Made by a program: the position numbers and the translations under genes. Below are positions 38,001 to 48,475 of a stretch of DNA of 64,000 bases, piece by piece (the stretch's first letter is position 1; the number at the start of each line of letters is the position of its first letter). The DNA comes from Ophelia neglecta (lineage: Eukaryota): the NCBI GenBank assembly GCA_965285935.1, contig OZ260662.1, forward strand, positions 78,616,001 through 78,680,000. The letters run 5' to 3'. The notes beneath the pieces were generated by a model, which made no database searches, was not told the DNA's origin, and was given only the letters and a program-made list of their open reading frames with translations.

Positions 38001-40400
38001 CTGGTTTAAAAAACTGGAAGATGTATGTTAGCCATAAATGAATACATAACTGTATCCTTTTTAGGCTCTAAACTTAGTAACCCTGATCATTTTGTTATGG
38101 AAACTACACTTAATGTATTCTAATTTACCTATGTTGTTATATGAAAATGTAATTCTTCTACTCTGTTCCATTCAATTGAAGAATGCAGAATCTTTGATTA
38201 AAGAAGCTTTGGATGAAAAATTCCACCGCGCTGTTCCAGAAATAAGGGAATATTTGGTGGAAGGTGTTGGTAATTTAACCAGAATTGATTATGGCACAGG
38301 TTGGTTAATTGCTTAAGGTTACATTATAACCAACTGAATTTTACATCACTGCCTAATAAAAATAGAAATTTGCACACAGGTAATTTCATTCCTTAATCAT
38401 TATTGTACATGACACCTTGCAGGTCATGAAATGTCATTTGTTACATTTCTATGCTGTCTGTATAAAATTGGTGCTTTAGAGGAACAAGATGCAATTGCAG
38501 TTGTCAACAGGGTGTTTCATAGGTATTTGCATGTGCCTAGTTTCTGTTTATAACTTAGTGACTATATATATATTTTTTTCGTCTACACTGCTATTACTAT
38601 GATTATACATGTATGCAAGAACTAAAATAAGAAAATAGCAATACACATGTTCAGATAAAAATAAATCCCAAAATTATATACATGTAGTCTATAAAAAAAA
38701 AAAAAAAAATCCAAACACTGTCAAAAAGTCAAAATGTGAAACAAAAGGACAGACAAGAGGAGAAACATTCTGCCAATATGTCCACATTTTGCAAATAAAT
38801 ATCATATGCCACATGTCCCATATGAACATGAACATTCACCAGCATCATGTGTTCTATTGTTCAGATACTTGGTAGTAATGAGAAAGCTGCAGATCACGTA
38901 CAGAATGGAACCTGCTGGTAGTCAAGGTGTGTGGGCTCTCGATGATTTCCAGTTCATCCCCTTCATATGGGGGAGCTCACAATTACTAGGTGAGTTTATC
39001 ATTGTCTCTCTGACTGGCACTACTCACAATATCTTTGCTTTCTGCCCTGCTTACATTTAGTGGTCTATATAGTCAAGCGTGATTTACAACTCAGTGGTTG
39101 GTAATATGACACACAATAGACATGTTATACAGTACATGATATATGCTAGGATTACTGTGTTACAGCACCCATGCTTTTTAACTAGCAATGGTTCATCAAA
39201 TTTTATTTTCATATAATGATCTCATTAATTATGTGGTCAGTGCCGCGACACCCACCATGAGGTGGTCAAGCAATAACTTGATTAATAGATATCAAATATT
39301 CATGAATTTGAAAATTGTGACAATGCCGAAACATAATATCTCAGCCAAGAGACCAGTAACACTGGAATTACAGTCCAGTTATTGTCAACAGTTGAAACAG
39401 TTGACAGTTGTGATATCTAAGATTAGGCATTACAGAAGAACCATGCACTTCCATAGAATTTATTCTATTAAAAAAAGGACCTGGTTTGAGTTGTATAAAT
39501 TAATAATCAACAAGAATAATTTATGTCCTTATAGAATTATGGTGTTTACACTCTTATTTGTTTCAGATCACAAACGTCTAAAACCCAAATCTTTCCCAGA
39601 TCAAGATATGTGTGATGCCTATGCCAAAGATTATATGTTTTTTGGATGCACTCAATTCATCCATCAAGTAAGAGAATTGTATTCTGACCCAAAAGCAAAT
39701 ATAAAAATCATGAGGTACCAAAGGCCTTAGTTCAAATGTCTTGGCACAAAAGTCAGATATGTAAAATTCAGGATTGAAAAATGCTGATTATAATTTAAAG
39801 GGGTAAATCGGATACATGGTAAAAAAAAAAGTTCTTTTACACTCCTGCTCTCGGGTCGTCTTGAAGTGGGGCATTATTTTTTTAGCATAAATCTGGCCCC
39901 TTTGCTGAACATTCGAACCAGCTGTGGAACATCAGCGCTGTAGAGAAGTGGAGTAAAGTGAATTCTGGACTAATCAAAATGTACAAGGCTGAGGTAAAAG
40001 ACTTTCCAGAAAACATGGTGCAATGTTTTGTATGTAAAGTGTTCTCTTCTATATTTTGCTTAAAAACTCATTTTTTATATTTACAAGTATTGTGTAAGAC
40101 TTTGTACATTAACTACATTGAAAATCTGTTGAAATTAAAGGAAGGTTTCTTGACAACAAGTAGTTAAACAATTATTAAAGGTGTCTCCAAAAGAAGTTTT
40201 GATGAAAATTGAATAAAATTTGTACATAAAACTATTTAATTTACACAATTCAGCTTGATAATTATTGTCCAATTGATATTTGTGTCACATGTGCTGGCAG
40301 GTATTATACTTGAGAATGTTCTTTGCAGGTATTAAACAAGTTTCCAGTCATTCAACACTATCTATTTGGATCATTGATGTCCATCACGACAGCTACATGA
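32096..40400 (+). CDS. PTPA: Serine/threonine-protein phosphatase 2A activator (PTPA/PPP2R4), 321 aa
   Basis: Exons 32096-32114, 37032-37141, 37378-37464, 37897-38022, 38182-38299, 38423-38522, 38865-38989, 39567-39667, 39886-39993, 40329-40400 (966 nt, in phase). Motifs [93 protein letters not shown]. Confidence 0.96.
32854..34149. mobile_element. Non-autonomous DNA transposon, 1296 bp, 64-bp perfect TIR, 8-bp TSD (P-element- or hAT-like) in PTPA intron 1
   Basis: TIR CACAGGTACGCGAGGCGTCTATCCCCTACTACCTATAGATAACTAAAGGTTTGCAACTTCGCTG identical at both ends; TSD CTTTGTGC at 32846-32853 and 34150-34157; extra subterminal inverted pair GCAACTTGTCGGTCCAAG; no transposase ORF. Confidence 0.93.
34321..34721. 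mobile_element. Foldback-type MITE (long imperfect inverted repeat)
   Basis: Arms pair over ~150 bp (e.g. CCCAAACCCAC/GTGGGTTTGGG, TTTTGGGGCAAAACGCATCAG/CTGATGCATTTCGCCCCAAAA, GTTCTCCGGTGTT/AACACCGGAGAAC). Confidence 0.7.
35924..36411. mobile_element. PIF/Harbinger-like MITE, 488 bp
   Basis: TIR GGGYCTAWWCCATTTG, TAA TSD on both sides, internal palindromic repeats CGGAGAGCTCTCCG. Confidence 0.8.
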
Positions 40401-42649
40401 AACAGATTTCAGTAGATCAATATTTGAGTAATTTATTCATCACTTGCAAGTGTTTCTTGTGTACATTTGTTATTAGAACAAATTCAACAGATTTTAACAT
40501 TGTTTATGTCTAAAAGATAAAAATTGTTTTTATCTGTTTGTTCCTCGGAAAATGAAATAAGGGTCATTTGAGGAAATCTGAAAAGAAAGTCACTGTGTGA
40601 TAACATATGTTATCATACACAGCAGTGTTTCTTAGTGTGTAACTCAAATAATTTACCACTGTCAGGATAATTTTTTGAATCTACATATACAACACCCTCC
40701 AAACCTGCTTGATCAACAGGTTCTATAGAGAGAACATTACTGGAGCTTAAGGCAATGTAGATAAATGGCATCTTGAAACGGGAAAGTGTTCATTTTTTTT
40801 TAGTTCAGCAATTCCTCATCTTTCAGACATTTTGAGGGCTGTGCAACCCTATAGTTAATTCAGATGAAGACTGCAGACTTTACATTTCCAGCATATACAA
40901 AAGCATATTATTATGAATAAATAAATAAATAAAATTTGATGGTGGTCTTTGGTGTCAATTTATCAAAAATTCATATTGCATACTTTAGAGAATGTATTTT
41001 CCTATCATAGTTGTTTTGGGTTTTGACAGTGTGGGAACATTGTGCTTCTTATTAGATCTAATATTTCTTGAGTTTAAATAAATGTTATATAAGGGGGTCA
41101 ATTAGAATCATATTTTTGCTTGTATTTTAAATTCTGCGATAAAGTAGTAACATAAATTCTTGCAAGGTCAAGGCGCATCCTCGTCAAATTTAAGATAAAT
41201 TAGAAATATACTATTGAATTATTTAATTATACACACAAGAGGGAAAGCCTAATCTTTGTTTCTAGAATAAAATGAAAATAGCGAGAGAAATTTAAGAAAT
41301 AACAGGGATAGTAAATAAAGATCCCGATGCACCTTTTTCTCTGTAGATTACAATTACATGTAATACACGGTAAATGAAAAATTATATGTAATTATAGAAT
41401 TAGAGACATGCAAATGTCAAGCCAAAATAGGCATGGCTAAAGTGAGGCTATTAACGTATGTGAACTAGGGCCTACTGGCATTTAAAATTGATTCTCGATG
41501 TAGCTTCTAACTCTTTCTGACTAAACAATTGTCTTGATTTGGTTTATTTACAAGTAAAACAGAACAGTACATATAGATGTAGATCACTATATAGGTAAAT
41601 AGATCTTTATTTGTGCCAAGGCCTACCTTACGCCGCCCATGACGTAAGCGCTAAATTTTCCTGACTTGGAAAGCTTAACAGTCAGTACTTCGATATAGGC
41701 CTATTGTGATAAGAAGTAGGTGCAAAATCAGGGAATAAATTAACTCTTCATCTCAGGCAATAATATATTCTATAATCTCACTGATGTGGTGAATTAAAAA
41801 GAATGCAAACCATTCAAACGTTTTCTTTTCAAGGACCAAATGATTTTAATCCGGATTTGGTTGTTTCAAACCTTGACAAAAGTTATGAAACTGGTATCTT
41901 TTTTAATGCGAAGGCTTTTCACTTCAAGGTAAATATTATTTTTGATCAGTTGATCGGCTAAACACGCAAAGTAATTTTAGGGCCGCTTTTTTTTGTATAC
42001 AGACAGTGTATTTAAACTATTAATATACATTGGGCACAATTGATCACTCACAAACAAAGAGGTTTTTTGAAGTAAAATATCTTACCAGCAAAACGATGCT
42101 CATAGCCGATCCCATCCAAACAGAATGTGCCTACCTAGTGTCTAAATAGTACTAAGTTCCTGGTTAATCCTAGTTTCCTGAACTGACTTGAAGCAATATG
42201 CTATGAGACATATTTCCTACGTTTTCTTTTATAGGTGGGCCAGTATTTGTATATGTGGGCATTGGAATCAAACATACTGTTATTTCATTCAGAAATCAGT
42301 AATATAATAATATCATAAACAGTCAAAATACCTATAGTTATATGTTGACACCATAACTATATTTATCTGTTGACACCATTGTTCAATTAAAAGGAGTTAT
42401 ATTAATAACATGTAAATTACCATCCATTGCTGTATAGATGATGGTGGTATGGGGGCAGCCTGATATTGTTCCTGCATCTAGTCAGTCGATGCCTATACAG
42501 CTATACATCTGTATACCTGCATCTGATTGTAAAGTGACCACGTTTAGCCTACATATATACGCTGGCGACATCTAAGGTCTATCATGGATCTCTAATGCGG
42601 AGTCTCCTTTCCCCGCCCCCTCTCACATAAACACCCACCAACTCTTCCC

Positions 42650-42920
42650 AGAAACAAACGCCTACAGACAAACGTGTATGTGTTTGTTTTATATTGGAAG
42701 TCCCCCCCCCCTCCACATTGCCTCACCTAGTCTATCCGAAAAAACTTCTAAAAACAAACGCATTTGTGTTTGCTTGATATAGGAACTCCCCCGTCCCCCG
42801 CTTTGTCCCACAATATGGCTCTACTAATGACAAACTCCTAAAAAGCAAACGCATTGTGTTTGTCACATAAATAAGTCCGCCCCCCACATACAATCCCCCT
42901 CCCCCCCCCCCCCCCCCCCG
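42650..42920. repeat. Degenerate tandem repeat (~3 units) with AAACAAAC..GTTTG hairpins and poly-C
   Basis: AAA(C/G)CAAACG...TGTGTTTG...AAGTCC/AACTCC(C)n recurs at ~42652, 42752 and 42843. Confidence 0.45.
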
Positions 42921-43961
42921 TATATACTCGCTAGCATGCCTCCAGCCTAATTTCAGGGCTGAAAAGACTTAACCCCTTTTGGATCCCCAAGCAACAACCC
43001 TACCCCCACCGCCAACCGCCGGCAACAACCCACCCATCTAGAAGTGATTCTCGTGACGGTGAGCTGAAAGACCAAGAAAGACAATCTTTGGGGGCAAAAT
43101 TTTGCCCAGAAGTCAGAGGTCCGATGGCCAGCAGCTTCACCCGGAAAGAGAAGAGGTCAGAGAGGGTAAACAATTCGGGAAAACATGTAAAATTGACCGT
43201 TTAGAAATGATCCTTGGAGGTAAAACCCCTAGAAAACACTTCCACCAGTGCCAAAGATTTAACGGCGAATAATGAACTAACGTTAGGAACTAACTGCTCG
43301 ATCGCGGTTCAGTTCACATTGCCCTCTAAGCCTCTGTGTTTATTTGCCCACGCTCAACATTTGGCATTAAAAACTGTAGAGGTTTTGCATCGAAAGAAAA
43401 AGAAGCAAGATTATTGCGCGAAGCTTAAAAAAATTGGTATGTGTGTAGGTATATGTTGTATATTCTAACCCATTATGTATGTTTAGATTAAAAGATTAAT
43501 GAGCTGCTATCCTTGTTCCATCACCAGCTGGTCAAAATATTGTAATGTGACCTCTCACGACTCGTGTGCCAGCCCCTCCCCCCCCCCCCACCCCAGACCT
43601 TTTTTCTTCTTTCAATCGGGGTATAGGCCTAGGCCTATTGTCATCGAGGATTATGTGCACATGTACAGAGACGATCTAAAAGGTTAATTATTGACGCATG
43701 ACCTCTAGATCTTCAGAGGATAGTCTTTAAAAAAGGTAGACATTACTCTATTAATAATTGTCTTGCAAACCCTTGATTTCCCGGCGTGGCGAATTTTTGT
43801 TTTCGAGTAGTATTTCAGACACTACTACCTATACTGTGTCAAATAATGCCTAATACATAATGAGCACTCTGCAGCTAAAACGATTCATTATTCTTTCCCT
43901 TGATGTTGCCATTTCCCCTTGCCCTGTAAAAGAATTTTTCTGTCATTGGAAACTCTTTATT

Positions 43962-44580
43962 TTAACTGTAACTAGGAGAGAAATAAGTCCAATCCTTGAA
44001 CCATCGGCACATAATTGTCTTTAGAATGTTGGATGGGTTGGTGAGACAAAAAGTAATACAAGAAGCAGGTGATTTTTTTACTAGTTCCATGCAACAGATG
44101 CGGGTGTTTTTTTTTTTACAAATCCGAATATGCTGATGCAGAAATTTAGAAGGGAGACAAAGGAATAAAGAGTGTGTATAATCTTCATCATCTTCCAGGG
44201 ATGTAATCCGGGCCATCAGCTTAAGGTCAACAGGGTTCATGGTCAGTAACGGGTGGTCAGCTAAACAAAGCAATTGTGGAAAACAAAACAAAACTAAACA
44301 TGATCAAGACGAGAAAGCGAACGAAGGAAATCGAAAATCCTTAGTAGGTTACCGAAGGAGAGGTGCAGCAGTAAGTCATAAGGGTCATCTGGAAAAAGAA
44401 AGTCCAATTTGTAAATTTAAAAAAGTGAATTGTAGAGGAAAATCAGGAACGACGAGGTATATTTATTTCATCGATACGAAATAAACCTCCCGTCCCTAAA
44501 AAAGCGCTACTTCAGAAAGTGTTTGGAAGAAGACCCCTTTTGATGCACCAGACGACCAGAAGATTCCTGCTACCTGATGT
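43962..44580 (-). mobile_element. Decayed LINE (L1/Tx1-like ORF2 3' region) fragment
   Basis: Minus-strand reading ...LEDDEDYTHSLFLCLPSK... resembles the E-x-x-x-H-x-L/F-x-x-C half of the L1/Tx1 C-terminal Zn knuckle; the reading is frameshifted and interrupted by stops. Confidence 0.3.
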
Positions 44581-45479
44581 CCTAATTGTGCCCCATTTTA
44601 TTTTAATGGTTCGGATTATATTTTCAATCTATTATGTGCCTAAATGTTTTACATGACGAAGTTATGTGGTATGAACTGGGGAAGCTCTGTGCATGTAACT
44701 CTATTCTTGCATTTAATAAAATGCTAAAAACAATTATTACTGAAGATGCTGTGGACAGCTGAAGTTACGGGTGAGAATATACTACATTTAGGCATTTACT
44801 ACCAGTATTATTAATAGTATATTTTTTTCTTCCTGATGGGGCACTGTCCTTGTTATTCATCTACTCTTTTTTGTTTATATGATAAAAAATGTAAAAGTAA
44901 TCTTATTTCATATTTACAGTTGAAAATATTTGACTACATGAAAGAGGAAATCAAAAGCATTCTGCTTCTTTTCCATTCGTTTCATATACTTCATAAGGCA
45001 CATGTTTATAAATGCAAAATTATTATTATTGAAAATGTAGGCCTACATGAATCTTGTGATACAATAAATCAATTTTAGAAGGTAGCCCTAAGAATGTCTC
45101 TTAATGTGTTACATGACGAAATTGTGTGACACCGGGGAAGATAGTCCCAAAACCTATTGTGTTTCAGTGTGTCACATAGTGAAGCTGTACGATACGGGAG
45201 CTGAAGCCCATGAAAACGCCTTCATCATGAAGATGAAAAATGATCAAGATGATTGCGAGAAGTACAGACATAAATTTAGTACTCTCCACATACATTGTCC
45301 GCTATTACCTATGAGTAGCATGAGGTAGTAGCTAGCGGACAAGGGTCTCACGTACCAGTGGTAAATGTGGAGGAACAGGGTACCAGTTTAATGGCAATGT
45401 ATTTTAATGATATTCCTATATGCTCTCAACATAATTAATGACACACGGGTTTACAGCTCTCTTTTCTTTCACTCTCAAG

Positions 45480-45730
45480 TCGCTTTAAAGTCGCATCAAG
45501 TCCCATCAGGTTGCCCTTAAGTCGAGTTGAAGGTGCACCCAAATCGAACTGAAGTTATACCCCAAGTCACACAGAAATATATGCACAACCCTTAAGTCGA
45601 GTTGAAGTTACCCCCAAGTCAAAATCAAGTTACCCCCAAGTCAAACTGCTACCCCCAAGTCAAACTGAAGTTAATTCAATTGAAACTGAAGTTATCCACA
45701 AGTCAAATTGTAGTTGTCACAAGTCAATCT
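45480..45730. repeat. Degenerate ~21-22-bp tandem repeat (AAGTCRAACTGAAGTTACCCCC)
   Basis: Roughly ten imperfect copies of AAGTC...GAAGTTA(C)CCC. Confidence 0.75.
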
Positions 45731-45733
45731 AAC

Positions 45734-46040
45734 CTAGGCAAGTCATGTTATATTTACCATCCTAGGTTAGTCATTCTTCATTTACCATCTGAGGCAAGTC
45801 ACTTTATATTTACCATCTTAGGCAAGTCATTTTACATTTACCATCCTAGGCAAGTCATGTTATATTTACTATCATAGGTTAGTCATTTTACATTTACCAT
45901 CTTAGGCAAGTCACTTTATATTTACCATCTTAGGCAAGTCATTTTACATTTACCATCCTAGGCTAGTCAGTTTACATTTACCATCCTAGGCTAGTCATTT
46001 TACATTTACCATCCTAGGCTATAGTCATTTTACATTTGCC
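45734..46040. repeat. 28-bp minisatellite, ~11 copies
   Basis: Unit CTAGGCAAGTCATTTTACATTTACCATC in exact 28-bp register. Confidence 0.92.
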
Positions 46041-47644
46041 TGCAAGTTGTATGAAAGGCAACTAATCAAATGGAAGTGGCATATAAATCACACTGTTGCA
46101 GTCAAGTCAATTACAAACGCCCTCAAATCACTTTCAAACAGGTAAATCAAAACTGTACTAGGCCTATTAGATGCACTGTTCACCCGCCATAGAGAACCGA
46201 GGCTCTGTGCGGTTTTTTCTTGAGAACCCAGCAGCATGCCAATCGCATGCCTTCTTATCCTAAAGTTACCTGCCCAACGTGCAAAGCTAACTATGAAGTG
46301 AGGAATAACTAGCCTAAAAGAAGCCACTAGCTTTCAAAAAATGGAATTTTTTTTTTTAATAAAATATGTTTTCCATTTATTGTTTAAAAAATCGGATTGG
46401 AAAACATAAAATCTAACGTAACTGACCCTTACATATAAATTACACACTTCTGCCTAAAATATAACGTTTTTAAATCTTAAACTATGTACACATTCTCAAA
46501 AGTATCCTGTTGCACATATGCACGTGAGTCAACTGTCTATTTTTCAAAATGCCCTGCATCAAATCCCGAACATCAAATTAAAAATATGAAATAAAAAAGA
46601 ATGTTTACGTACCTATGGAGGAAATGCAAGCCAATTTACTTAGTCACATTTGTAGTGATTTTTTTCTTATAAACCGGGAGCACTGAGTGAATAGAACTAC
46701 TGGAGGGGGGGGGGTAGTTAAATATAGATTCTGACCTACATACCTTTGTATATATACATACTATTCTATAATTGCGATTTCTATAATGCTATGTAAGTGC
46801 TACAGTGTCGGCAAGACCACCAGGCATGATATTTATTTGGATTTCAGTATTATATTTAGAACGAAAAATGATGTAACCTCTTTTATCTAGTATTTTCGAT
46901 AAATGATCTATCAATGCCTATAGAAATGTGTTGATCAATCATCCAATGAACTTGCAAGCTGTTTATGCAATGGCATGCAATCTTGTCCTTCAAAAACACG
47001 CCACAATTTGATGGTAAAGCATGATGTGTGTGGGTGGTGGGGGGGAGGGGAGGGGGAGGCAATTATACCACCTGTACTTATCTGATAAGACAGTTCCAAG
47101 GGTCGGGGGTGTCAGGGCGGGGGTCAAAAAACAAATCCGGCCTCTGTTGTGTTATTTAAATGCATAAAATATTTGCAGCGCTATAGCATTAATGAGTCTA
47201 GTTCTGATAAGCATATATGCTAATCAACACCATTGGAATCGCAGCATATACTTTTCTTTACCCTTCCCACTGCAGTAATATAACATTTAACTATTATATT
47301 GAAGAAGTGATTAAGTGCACAAGAAACACTTATATATAATTCTTTGCTACATGTATGGTAAATAAATAATTCCATGTTTCTCAAAAAAATAATTAAAGCA
47401 TTCTATGGCCAGGCATTAGTACTTCATCCAGGTCAATTTATGCGCTATACTCCATTATAGTATAGGCAGTAAGTTCGTATATATAGAGTAATCCCCCGAA
47501 AAGTTTAAGCCAAAACAAATCAGTCACGACAAAATGTTTTCTGAATATTGTGGCTTTGCCTAGTTTCAGCCATGTGTTGTTTATGGTTTGTGTCTATTTG
47601 AACATTAAAAATATTTGTCGAGGAAAATAAACACATATATAAGA

Positions 47645-47846
47645 GACTGAAATAACTAAGTCAATTTGACTAAGGGTTTTTTGGAAATAGTCCGCAGTTT
47701 TGACTAGGTTTACCTTAGTCATTCGACCAACTGGCATTTGACCCTAGTCATTTGACCTATTATGTCCGAGTCATTTGACCAGCTGCACTGTGACTAACCA
47801 AACCTAGTCAAATTGCGGGATTTTTCTTAGTCAGGGATTTTCAGTG
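47645..47846. mobile_element. Short CMC/EnSpm-like non-autonomous element remnant
   Basis: Ends GACTGAAA... / ...TTTCAGTG(TA); multiple subterminal TGACTA/TAGTCA motifs. Confidence 0.45.
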
Positions 47847-48475
47847 TAGTATTATTTAAATGCTTTGTCGCTTATTTTTGTGCATTTCGGTTGACAACGC
47901 TTGGGAGCTGAAAACTAAATGAATCTTCTTCAAATGTTGTTTTAACTATCTTTTTTGTTTGAATCCAATAAGGAATACATTCCTAACGATTGTATAAGCA
48001 CGGGTGAGGGATTTCACACAAAACACTCATCTGATGGGGGGGGGGGGGGGGGGGGAGGAAAACCACAAGTATATTTTTGAAGGAGGGGACATACAAAGCA
48101 CTATACATGTCGGTGTTCATACTCATGATATGCCCCCTTAAGCCTAACCTCTTGTCAGGTAGCCCCCCGCCCCTCCCCTTTCAAAACGCCGCATGAAATC
48201 ATATAAAGAACAGTTTTTATCAAGATAGTGAATGTAATACGTAAATTGCAAACTATTTTGGAGAAGAACCAGGCAAGCGTATCGTTCACAAAGGCGGTTT
48301 ATAATAGGGGGCCTACCTTTCGACCGCAAACTTTCATTGTGAGCTATGTTCCACACGGAGCTGCCCCAATTGGATAGATTAACATTACACTAATATTATA
48401 ATACACCGGCTGACAAACTATCCTACATATTATAGATTTATTCTGTATTGTGAGCTACCTTGCCAGCTCGACAAA

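Noticed and set aside
38925-38950. PTPA GVWALDD instead of GVWGLDD as a loss-of-function sign
   Set aside because: As I recall, this position tolerates small residues in other invertebrate PTPAs; all other motifs are intact.
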